NCBI GenBank assembly: GCA_976551045.1
Contig: CDPCPM010000014.1
Coordinates: 7,998,001 to 8,062,000 of the forward strand
DNA: 64,000 nucleotides
DNA from: Glaucostegus cemiculus
Taxonomy: Eukaryota
Direction: 5' to 3'
The notes beneath the pieces were generated by a model. The model was not told the DNA's origin, did not search any database, and saw nothing but the letters and a program-made list of their open reading frames with translations. The translations under genes and the position numbers were made by a program. Within the stretch, counting starts at the first letter, position 1. Every line of letters begins with the position of its first letter. Below are positions 50,631 through 61,550 of the stretch, in pieces.

Positions 50631-51142
50631 AGTAACTAGACAGGGTAGCTTTTAAGTTTGATCATAAATATAAACTAGTGATTGTGCATAATAGCCATGT
50701 CTTTCATTTATGTCTGGTCTTTGATGTGCATGTCCAAAAGTTTGTGGCTCACTGACACTTAAATGGTTGAAACTGGCACTTCTTTCAGGACAATTGGTAA
50801 TGTCCAGAAAGATGGCCCCATGTTAGATTGGTGAATTATTTAATTGTGACTGTATATATGAGTGCAAATCATTTAGCCTGTGTTTCAGACTGGGACCCCA
50901 TTCCCTCCGAAGAGCTCCCAGGGGATGTTGACATTATTAAATGTCAATCACTCTACTGCATTTGTTTCTTTACTTGAATAATATTTCTGCTGTTGTTTAT
51001 TAATATTTCCTGTAATTTTAAGATTGGTTTTCACTTGACAATTTAATTGTCATGGAATATGTCAAGGAATGTGCAATAAAGTCTCCCTTTCAATAAAACT
51101 GTGCATTTTGTAGCAGCAGTACTCCATGGGACAGCAACATGA

Positions 51143-51508
51143 AGGGCAATGCAGTGGTACAATTAGTAGAGCTGTTTCCTAACAGTGCCAGTGACCCAGG
51201 TTCACTCCTCCAGTGCTGTCTATGTGGACTGAGCTTGTTCTCCCTGTTACCTTCTGGGTTTCGCCTGTGTTCTCTGTGCTCCTTCCACATCCCAAAGACA
51301 TTCAGGCCGGTAGTTAATTAGCCAGTTAAATTTCCTCAGGTGTGTAGCTGAGTGGTCCAACATGGGGGGGGGGGGGGACAGTTGATATGAATGTGGGGGA
51401 AAATAAGAAAGGATTAATGTAGGAGTAATGTAAATTGGTGCTTAATGATTGACATGAACTCAGAAGGCTGAAAGGCCTGTTTCTGTGTATCTCTCTATAT
51501 AACTCTAA
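51143..51508 (+). mobile_element. HE1-type V-SINE
   Basis: GGGCAATGCAGTGGTACA, GACCCAGGTTCA, CCACATCCCAAAGAC, tail GCTGAAAGGCCTGTTTCTGTG. Confidence 0.85.
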
Positions 51509-53489
51509 TTCGCTGGTGAATCCCTACATAGGTGAAATAGGAAAGACATGTTAAAAAAAAACAATGCATCTAAAAGAACCACAATAAACCTCACCTGTTT
51601 CATTGCTTGGACATTACAGATGTATATCACAGTGCAGATATAACTGCATAAGAGAGAGATAGAAATATGATGGTATAGTTAATACAGTATGCAGTGGTGA
51701 TTGTAGACAATAACACAATAATCAATGATTGTAAATAGTTGTATGTTGGTCTCTAAATATGGTGGTCTACTGCTGACTGTATACAATATATTAATGTGTC
51801 TGTGGATATATTGGTGACTTGATATGGCGTTACACTAATGACTGTGTATGATGGTAGAATATTGCTGCATGTGATGGTACAATGTAATTGTCTGTGATGG
51901 TTTATTGGTAATTGTTGTATGATAGTTGTGGAATGGTGGCATTGTTTTAATGCTAGTACCTTTGACTGAGGTGACACTTTGAGAGTGGATGGACACCCAT
52001 AACTATGTGATGGTGATAAATGGTGAGTTAAATGAAATCTGTACTGGCACTGTTTACAATTGAAGCTCAAAGAAAGATTTCCTTTTTTGAAAAAAAAGCA
52101 CTGAATTTATTGCTGTGCATACTCAAACCAAAATAAAAATGACAGTCAAAAATTTGGAAAAGATCTGTAAAACACCTGGAAAAGACTTCAAGCTTGTTTG
52201 CAAAAATAGACAAAAAGATACCAGTCCTAATTTCTGATTCCTTTTATCCATTTGCCACCCTTTTTTGTCACTCAGAAGAAAACATTCTTCTTTCATGAAT
52301 GCAAAAGCTGAGCTAGAATGAAAGCAAGTGACATCAGCATGTCATAGACGTCACTGTAATTGACAGAGAGCTTTGCTTACAACATATTTCTGCCACATGT
52401 CAGGAATCCAATATCAGGACAATGCTTTCAACAACACAAGAAAATGACTGCATAAAAATGTATTATGTACAGAATACAAGTAAAGTGGACAGACATTTCT
52501 CTTTACTTTTTAATTGTGCCATTAGTGTGTCCCAAAGTCTGTGGCAATTTGGGTTTCTATGTGATAAACGAGAAAACAAATAATCTGATTTTTTTTAAAG
52601 ATTAATTGTCTGAGTACTGAACTTTGTTGCCATTTTGCCAAGTGGAACTGGGATATGTATGATTAAAGATGCACTGTTAACTACTTTCATTGTACAGCCA
52701 ATGGGAATAAGTTATAATGTAAAAGGTTTGAAACACATCCGTCACAGTTCAGGCGTCACACTTTGGACATCACACTTTGTCACACATGCAAATCTCTGTG
52801 TCACGCTTAAATCAAAAATAATAAAAATGAAAGACAGCCAGTCATTCTCTGCTGGTTTCCTCTGACCTTGGGATGAGCTTCAGATTTAAAGTACTTCCAC
52901 AACAAAAGAAAATACCCTCCAATGGTGTAGTGTGCTTTGTATTTTCTACATCAGTTATGAAATAATTTGAATTCACCGCACTTTGTACATTCACATTTAG
53001 AGGGTTTAATTTAGCAAAAGTGTGAGAACAGATGCTAAAGGAGTGCTGTGCTAATAAGGCACAACTGTTTGAAAGTCTCAACCCAGCCAACAATTTTGAC
53101 CTTAATTGTTGATTATCATGATTGAAGTAGACTGAAGGTGCTGAAACTGACACCTGCAGATTTAACACTCAGGCATTGATTGGGCACAATTTTCATGGAG
53201 CTTTCATACCACCATGTCCACTGAAGGCATGAACATGTACGTATGCAGTGGTATATTTCAGGATGGTTTGGCAACTGAGTGGGAGGGCAGGGTACCGGGG
53301 AGGAGATGTGCAGGTGATCCTGTACTCACAGGGACAATTGAATTCACCTCACCCAACCCCCCATTTGCCATTCCTTTTGTAACTGGTGGTGCTCACTCTG
53401 GCCTTTTGTTCTCCTCCCTTTCTTTCAAGTAAGAACCCTGGTAAAGTGTCATCAACTCAGTGGTACTTTCCTCCTGCTGATACTGGGTA

Positions 53490-53820
53490 CAGTGGGTGGC
53501 TTAGTAAGTAAATTATTTGACTGGTAATCAAGAACCTGGATGAACAATCCAGAGACCTGAGTTCAAATCCCACCATGGCAGCTGTGTGAATTTAAATTCA
53601 GTTCAGTTAAGTTCATTTTAAAAGTGGGGAAAACCCAACTTATTCTAGTAATGACAATAATAAAATTTTGGATTGTTGTTTAATAACCCATCTGTTCACT
53701 AATATCTGGAGAGGAAATCTGCCATCCTTTCCTGATCTGGGCTATATGTGACTCCAGACTCATCAATTCAAGAGCAATAAATGCTGACTTTGCCAGTGAT
53801 GCCGAATGTGTAGTCCTCAA
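53490..53820 (+). mobile_element. tRNA-derived SINE with LINE-shared tail; a second copy starts at ~63900
   Basis: GAGTTCAAATCCCACCATGGCAG B box; tail GCAATAAATGCTGACTTTGCCAGTGATGCC; same head at 63900-64000. Confidence 0.65.
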
Positions 53821-54649
53821 GAGAATTTCCAGAATAAATGTTGATTTATTGTTGGTGAAGTCTTGGTGAATTGTCCGCAATGGGTTTACAACTCCCCTTC
53901 AAGCCTCCTGTAGCAAGTGAACAGTAAATTGTGATAAACATTTAAAGGTGTTCAAAATCTTCTGCAAAAGATGTTAGATCAAACTTTAGCCTCCAAAATG
54001 TGCTATGAGTTCTTAATCGAGTGATCGGAGGCAATTTAATTCTCAATCCCGAGAGGCCCATGGGACGGTCATTCCAAGTGCAAGCTTAGCCTATTTACCA
54101 AGACAATGTCTTCTACTACATGCAGGTTAAACTGGTGCTTCAATTTGACCTCTTGATGGCAAATTTTGAAGCACTTAAGTACATAAATGGTTTAGGGAAG
54201 ATCATTCCCAAGAGTTTATCAGTCCACCTCACAAAAGGCAGGAGCAAGGTAGTGTGGCTCCTATGATTAAGGGGAGGTGGGAAGGTTATCGCAGAAGGTG
54301 AAAATAGAAAAACACATGACAGTTGTTAAAGTGAAGTCATTGCAGGGTGGGAGGATTATTTAAATATATTAATGAAGTGGCTTGACACTCCACAGTGGGA
54401 TGTTAACGTGTCACAGAACTTACTACTGTGAAAAAAGCAGCAGGCACACATTCAATGGGTTGCAATACATTCTGTGTTTCTCTATATTTTAATCCTCTGA
54501 CACGTTTCCATCAGTCTGAGGTGGGGATGGGATGGTTAATGTCTAGGCCATTGTGTTCAGATACTACGATGAGGCTTTGATTCCACAAGACTAGATATTA
54601 GGCAGCAGGATGTTTTTAAAGGATATGACAGCTTTGAGGGATTGTACTG

Positions 54650-55350
54650 AACATGAACTCAGGATGGATGCAGAATATGCAACAGTCAAAATCAGTGTCA
54701 TTTTTACTGGGGCAGTAACATTTTTAACTGGTCAGTGAGCTTGTAATTAGTGGAGATCAATTTAATGTTGTCACCAGACAAACAAGGGGAGAGTAAGGAA
54801 AAATATCTTTATACAAAGACATTTAGGGATACATTTATGTAGATTACCAAGGACCTATATCATTTAAAATGACTGACAATATGCTGCCCCTTATAGATAG
54901 ACAACCAGTATACAGAGGATTAAATGCTATATGACTGTACAAGGTCCTATGTGGATCACACTTAGTGCATTGTGAGTAGCTCTGGGCCCCATACCTTAAA
55001 GAGGACATAATGGCCTTGGAGGCAGTGCAGTACAGATTTACGACAGTGAAAGCTGAACTGGAATAATAGGATATTATATAAAAGAGAGTTCTGTTCTCTT
55101 GAATTTAGAAGGTTGAAGGTTGATCAAAGTTAAGGGGAACAGATATAATAGAAATGAAATATTTCTGCTGTTTGGGGTCTTGGAGTAAGGAACCTGGCTT
55201 AATAATTACAGATAGGTTGTCTAGGAGCTGAATTAGGAAACACTTCTAAACATAAAGGCTGTAGAAATTTGAAGTACATTAGCAGCAATTAATGTAAGAC
55301 AAACTGTTAATTATTAATCTGATGTCAATAAATTTCTGTTAACCAAAATT
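54650..55350 (+). mobile_element. Old degraded CR1-type fragment
   Basis: CCATACCTTAAAGAGGACATAATGGCCTTGGAGGCAGTGCAG (PYLKEDIMALEAVQ). Confidence 0.6.
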
Positions 55351-55359
55351 ATAAAATCA

Positions 55360-55920
55360 TATAGAGAGTTATGGAGCTGAACAGCACTGAAATGGGCCCT
55401 TCAGCCCAACTTACCCATGCTGACCACGATGCCTATCTAATCCCATTTGCATCCATTAGCCCTGTATCCCTCTTCTTTCCTATCCAAGTACTTATCCAAA
55501 TGCCTTTTAAACACTGCAGTTGTTTCTGTTTCTGTCACCTCCTCTGGAAGTTCATTCCAGCTAACCACCACCCTGTGAATGGAAAAGCTTGCCCCACAGA
55601 CCTCCTTTTAATTTCTTCCCTCTCATCTTAAACCTAGGCCCTCTAGTTGTAGACTCCCCTGCCTTGGGAAAAAGACTTTGACTATTTACTCTATCTATGT
55701 CTCTCATAATCTTATAAACCTCCATAAGGTTACCTCTGAGCCTCCTACATTCCAATGAGAACACATCCAGCCTACCCAATCTCTCCTTGTAACTAAAGCC
55801 CTCCATTCCAGGCAACATCCTTATGAATTTCTTCTGCACTCTTTCTGATGCTACCATATCCTCCCTGTAGTGTGGTGACCAATCCTATACACAATACTCA
55901 GTGTGGCCTTACCAATGTGT
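55360..55920 (-). mobile_element. CR1/HER1-type LINE 3' fragment
   Basis: ORF 55561-55857 ERVQKKFIRMLPGMEGFSYKERLGRLDVFSLE; reverse 3' tail GGGCTGAAGGGCCC. Confidence 0.9.
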
Positions 55921-56587
55921 TGGTACAATGACTGTACAATGAATGCACTGCTTCCAGAAATTGGCACTGAGTGGAGAATTTAAAGGCTAACTGATGGTGA
56001 TAAGTAAGAGAGTAACTTTACAGTGCACAAGTAAGGATCACTCAGATGCTTGAATTTATTTACTGTCAGTGTCTTCAGGTGATTTTGACAGAAATGTGCA
56101 TTTGTTCTGAACTGATAATGGAAGGTCTAGCTCCTGTTAGGGCTGCCTAGGCTGCTGCTTTCAGCAAAGGTCATAGAAGGAGTCTTCAGAGACGAACCAT
56201 GGAGTGTTCTTTTTACAAGAAAGAACATCAGGTTTGCTATAATAAAAGAGTTCAGGGAATACAGATCTGGATTTATTGTAATAATATTAAAATGAGCTTT
56301 ATCTTTGAAATAGTTATGATCAACATGTCTGTTTTAAAAAAAAATTAAACGTATATATTAGGATCAACTGTAACACTGTTAAAAACTTCCATATTCCAGG
56401 AAGACATTGATTAAAACTCTCATTAGGTCCTTGGGGTCTGTGTTTTAAATGCAACTTTAAAGAGCACAACAAAACTATAGAATATAAACATTCCGTTAAG
56501 GGGGCTATGCCAACTACTTTGGGGCTTGGATTCTTTGATCCAAGCTCTCTTTGAGCACCAGGAGAGCAGGATCAATACTTTGAATGT

Positions 56588-56752
56588 CAAAACAAAAATG
56601 CAGGTGCTGGAAATCCAGAATAATAGCAGAAAATGCTGGAAACACTCAGCAGGTCAGGCAAGTTCAGGGTCTCAGACCTGAAATGTTAACTCTGTTTCAC
56701 AGGTAGCATCCTTCCACAGATGCTACCTGATCTGCTGAGTGTTTCAAGGATT
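56588..56752. mobile_element. Foldback element of inverted Penelope-type tails
   Basis: GAAACACTCAGCAGGTCAGGCA ... TACCTGATCTGCTGAGTGTTTC inverted arms; central AGGGTCTCAGACCTGAAATGTTAAC hammerhead-like remnant. Confidence 0.7.
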
Positions 56753-56939
56753 AATTACATAACCTGTTAGACATAGTCTTGATTTTGGCTACTTTGAGTT
56801 GATGAGTTGATTAAAGCAAGACAAGGCAAGATTATCTGGAGCCAAATAGGATCTCATTCAAATTCCTGGTGATGGGTGATTCCACACACCAACCCCCCCA
56901 CCCCTCCCACCAAGGGTGGATCAAAAGTTCTGAGGGGAC

Positions 56940-57265
56940 TTACAGTGTAGATGTCAAGGGGTTATTTCCTTTCACTGGAGAGTACAGAAATAAGAACCAT
57001 AGTCTCACAATGAGAGGTTGGCCACTTAGTAATGAGCTTTATGCAGACTCTTGTAAATCTTTGGAATTCTATGCCTAGGTTACTGTGAATGTTCAGTATT
57101 ATACAGTATACTGAAGGTTGAGATCGATACATTTTTCGACACTAAGGAAATCAGAGGGTGGGGGACTTGGGTGGGAGAATACTTTTGATGCACAGGTTTA
57201 GCCATGACCTGATTGAATGACAGAGTAGCCCCTAAGTAATGTGCAGCCTCCTCCTTTTGTCTATC
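56940..57265 (+). mobile_element. CR1-type 3' fragment
   Basis: VDVKGLFPFTGEYRNKNHSLTMRG peptide; GCCATGACCTGATTGAATG tail. Confidence 0.65.
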
Positions 57266-57413
57266 ATGTTCAAAGGCAGATTGGTCAATCATCAATGATG
57301 CCCTGAAATACAGTGTACTTGCTCGGCTTGGTTATCTCACCACCAGCTATGATATAAAATATTGACTCACTTCCTATTCATCATCAAGTATATTACTGTG
57401 GACCTTGGAACCT

Positions 57414-57525
57414 TGGGCAGCACAATGGCCTCACAGTGCCAGAGACCGGGTTCAGTCCTGACCTCTGGTTCTGTCTGTGTGGAGTTTGCACGTGAGTTTC
57501 CTTTGAGTGCTTGAGTTTCCTCCTC
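57414..57525 (+). mobile_element. Truncated HE1-type SINE head
   Basis: GGGCAGCACAATGG..CAGTGCCAGAGACCGGGTTCAGTCC..TGTGTGGAGTTTGCAC. Confidence 0.75.
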
Positions 57526-57571
57526 TATGACTCTACAACTCCCTGACTCTAGTCCTAACCTCTTTAAACCT

Positions 57572-58692
57572 TGGAGACACAAGAGACTGCAGATGCTGGA
57601 ATCTGGAGCAAATAACAATCTGATGGAGGAACACACACAAACTGCTGGAGGAATTCTGCAGATCAGGCAAGATCTATGGAGGGAAATAAACAGTCAATGT
57701 TTTGGGTCGAGACCCTTCATCGGACTGGAAAGGAAGAGGGAGGAAGCCAGAATAATGTTGGAGGGGGGGATGGAGGAGCACAGGGTAGCAGGTGATAGGT
57801 GAGTCCAGGTGAGAGGGGGAAAGTAGGTGGGTGAGGGAGGGGGATGAAAGGGAGTGATGTAAGAAGCTGAGAGGTGATAGATGGAAGAGGTAAAGGGGTG
57901 AAAAAGAACGAATCTGGTAGGAGAGGGCAATAGACCATGGGAAAAACGGAAGGAAGTGAGGAATAGATGGGCAGGTCATGAGGATGGGGGAAGGGGAAAG
58001 AGCAGGGGTGAGTGGGCCACAGGAATAAGGGAAAACAAAGGGGAGGGGAGAAAAGGGGAGGGGTTACTGGAAATTGGAGAAATTGATGTTGAAGCCATCA
58101 GGTTGGAGACTACCAAGATGGACTATGAGGTGTTGTTCCTCCAACCTGCATCTGGGCTCAATGTGGCAGTAGAGGAGGCCGTGGATAGACATGTCAGTAT
58201 AGGAGTGGGATGTGGAATTGAAGTGGGTGGCCACTGGGAGATCCTGGCTTTTGTGGCAGAAGGAGCGAAGGTGCTTGATGAAGCAGTCACCTAATCTGCA
58301 TCGGGTCTCACCAATGTGAAGGAGGCTACACTGGGAGCACTAGATGCAATAACCTTGAAGGACTGTCTAGGGCCCTGAATGGTGGTGAGGGAGGAGGCAT
58401 AGGGACAGATGTAGCACTTAGTGGGGTTGCAGGGATAAGTGCCAGGAGGGTCATCAGTGGGGAGGGGTGAGTGGACAAGGGTGTCACAGAGAGAGCAATC
58501 CCTATGGAAAGCGGAGGTGGGGGATGGGAGATGTGACTGGTGGTGGGATTCTGTTGGAGGTGGTGGAAGTTGAGGAGAATGATGTGTTGGATGCAGAGGC
58601 TCGTGTCCTGAAGGAACTCAGCAGGTTGAGCAGCAGCTGTGGAGGCAGAGGGATAGTCGACATTTTGGATTGAGATCCTGCATCAGGACCCT
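57572..58692 (-). mobile_element. Penelope-like element fragment in partial-tandem (pseudo-LTR) arrangement
   Basis: Minus strand: tail copy with hammerhead remnant (58605-58690), decayed ORF (IQHIILLNFHHLQQNPTTSH, ..IGETRCRLGDCFIKHLRS GIY-YIG region), C/T-rich spacer, second hammerhead remnant (57691-57727) and full tail. Confidence 0.8.
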
Positions 58693-60605
58693 TCAAACTT
58701 TACTCATCTTCCTCTTTTCCAAGATATAGAGCCACTGGTTGGTCATGAGGCACTCTCACTGTGTGGGTTTATCTCCTTAACCAATGAACAGTAAGGAAGT
58801 GTACTGAAGCCTGGCTGCAACTTCCTGTAAGATATGCAAATATATTATCAACGTTGTTATCATCCCTACCTATCGAACAGAGCTTTCGCTACTTGTACAT
58901 ACTGGGTCTCAGCAACAAATGCTTGTTTCTTAATAAATGAACATTTGTTCAGTGCACTGGTCCCTATGAAAGTCTTAATGTATTGTTGCTGCATTCCTTC
59001 AAGGTGATAGAAGATAGCCAACTTATAATTATCTAGATGTTCAGGAGCAATGTTACTCAATCATTATCAGCAACTTAATCTGGGCCCTCATGAAGGAGTT
59101 TTGACACAGAGAAACCTGTGAGTTTCCTTTTCACTACAATGTTGCAAATGGTTCTTAATTCTGCCCATGTTTTACTCTAAAATGAGTTGAAGCAGCCATT
59201 TTAGTTCATGGCATAGAGGAGAACTGTTTGCTTATATGTCCCATATTCTAAAAGGTTAACTTCTATGGAACATTGGGACTGCTCATTTCATTTGTTGGGA
59301 TGTCATTAACAATTTGCGTATCTCAGTTTCTCATTAAATGCTTTGCATCAAGATGAGCAATGCCTCTTTTGACAGGCTTATCTACAAAACTATTGACAGG
59401 AAAATGGATAGTCTGAGACTCAATGGTACTACGCCAGGATTTCTGAGGGACATCGATCACTCCACGTCACATTTTAGCTTGAATGTTGTTTCTCAGTTAG
59501 TCTCACTGTGGATAAATGTGTTACCCTCACATGTAACCCTGTATACTTTTCCCAGTATTAGACCACATTGAGAAGTGATTGACTCTGAATTGGGATTAAA
59601 TTGGGATGATTGAATCTATGGGTCTGGTTACAGTAGTTCCTTTTGGATGTGTATTTTTTTAATGTGTAGTGTTATACTTCATTTTTTGCAGATGATTCTG
59701 ACTTAGAATATTGTAATTTGCTCTACTTGCTATGAACCTTTTTTAAAAAAGAAAACCACTTGATTTGATATCTTGCATATTTTTGAATATCCATCTTCCC
59801 CTGGATTACCTCAACCTTCAAAGTAATTTTCCATTTATTTGACATCTTAAAGCATTGGCCCTAATGGCATAAATTAAATCTGGTAAGGGTAATCTGTCTT
59901 CACCTTCAAATTTTAAAAGAAATTTGTTCATAAAATTCCCATTGTTTTCCAATTAATCTGCACCCTGTTTTCTCTTTGTCTTAAAACAGAGTGGAATAGC
60001 CCCTGTCTGTAACTGTGATATCCAAGGGTATTCCCACAGCTTGAAGTAAAGATGCAGCCTGTGCCCCCTTCTCTAGATTTTATTACAAAGATTAGTGGCT
60101 GTGTCAAGTAAAATTTCAAGTACTTTCTGAAGTGTTTTAATGGGCATGTCAGTCCTGCTGCAAAGTCTGAGTATCAGATCAGATCCTTTTAACATTGGAT
60201 CCTTTGTGTATAATTAACGAAACCTCATGGGATGATTTTTCCTTTTGCAAAGTAGGTAAGATTTTCATAGGTTAGGGCAAGGACAGACAGAAAGTTGATG
60301 AGTTGACAGACTTAGTGCAGCTTTGGTAAATTGTGAAGCTAATTTAATGCACCGCTTTTGACTACTTTGGAAGAAGTACAGTGCATTAAAAAGTCCATGC
60401 CAATTAGTTAGCTTCAAGTAAATGTACAGTTTAAAGTTTTCAGATTTACTGTGATCCAGATGCATGATTGTATATTGGCAGGCTTGTGATGTGTCATTGG
60501 TGCTACTTCCAAACCAGGATATTTACCCTGGGGTGAGGGGCAAAAGAACATCGTAATGCAACACCTTTGCCACATCACAGTAAAGCTGTCAGTGCAGGCT
60601 GCTAC

Positions 60606-60626
60606 TGTGGTGCTGGGGAAGTGAAA
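60606..60626 (+). promoter_or_regulatory. Candidate RUNX plus PU.1-IRF composite (EICE) site
   Basis: TGTGGTgctggGGAAGTGAAA: RUNX TGTGGT at 60606-60611 and a consensus EICE GGAAGTGAAA at 60617-60626. Confidence 0.35.
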
Positions 60627-61331
60627 ATACCTCTGAGAATTATATTCACTTTGACACTGCCACCTTTTGTAACTTGTTCCTTTTTAGAGTAGATTGCCCT
60701 TCAGTTTTTACTTTTTCTTTTTGGAAATAGCTAAGCATCTTGGCATTTGGTATAACTTCAGCAGGGCTACCAACTTGATGCCAGGGCAGAATGTGGAGTT
60801 CTGTATCTGCACTCTGCAATAATGTGACTGGATCATGTAACTATTACCTGCTGCCTGTGTTTCTCTGCACTGGTAGATCAAAATGTAATAAGAGCACAAA
60901 AATGAAGAATTTTTCCAGCTGGTTCAAGTTTTTTTCTCATTAGCTAAATTTAATCCCGTTGGGGTGGAAATCCAGCAGTTCTGGAAATAGTGATTGTTCA
61001 TCACTCCATGGAACTGTTTAGTTAAGTAACTGCATACAAACATTAAGCACCATTTTAAATACATTTACATCTGTGACCTATTATTTGCATGCAGGACAAA
61101 TTTATGCTGAAAATGTCATCTTAAACAGCTTTATAAGATTTGTAGGGTGGAAAGTCCATGGTATCTCATAGCAACCAGTCAGTTCTATTGATATTACAAC
61201 CCCAAAGTAGGCCACTCCATCCAAACAGTCTATGTCATTGTTTATGATCCACATTATCATCTCCCCTTATTTTATTTGTCATTAAAATTTCAGTTGGTGG
61301 GATATTACTGAAGATTTACGGGCAGTTCCCA

Positions 61332-61550
61332 AACAAACTGCTGGAGGAAATCAAGGGGTTAAGCAGCATAAGAGGGGGAGGAAGGAACTGTTGATGTTTT
61401 GGGTCAAAACCTTTCATGAGTTCTAATGCAGGGTTTCAACCTGAAATGCCGGTAATTCCTTCTTCCCACAGATGCTGCTCGACCTGCTGAGTTCCTCCAG
61501 CAGATTGTTTGTTGCTCCAGATTCCAGCATCTGTGGTCTCCTGTGTCTCC
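61332..61550. mobile_element. Foldback element: two head-to-head Penelope tails joined at their hammerhead-like motifs
   Basis: AACAAACTGCTGGAGGAAATCAAGGGGTTAAGCAGCAT versus the reverse complement of the right arm, AACAATCTGCTGGAGGAACTCAGCAGGTCGAGCAGCAT; symmetry axis ~61420. Confidence 0.8.

Noticed and set aside
51620-52010. AT-rich GATGGTA/TGTATA-like periodic stretch
   Set aside because: Too degenerate to define a unit by eye; treated as low-complexity sequence.
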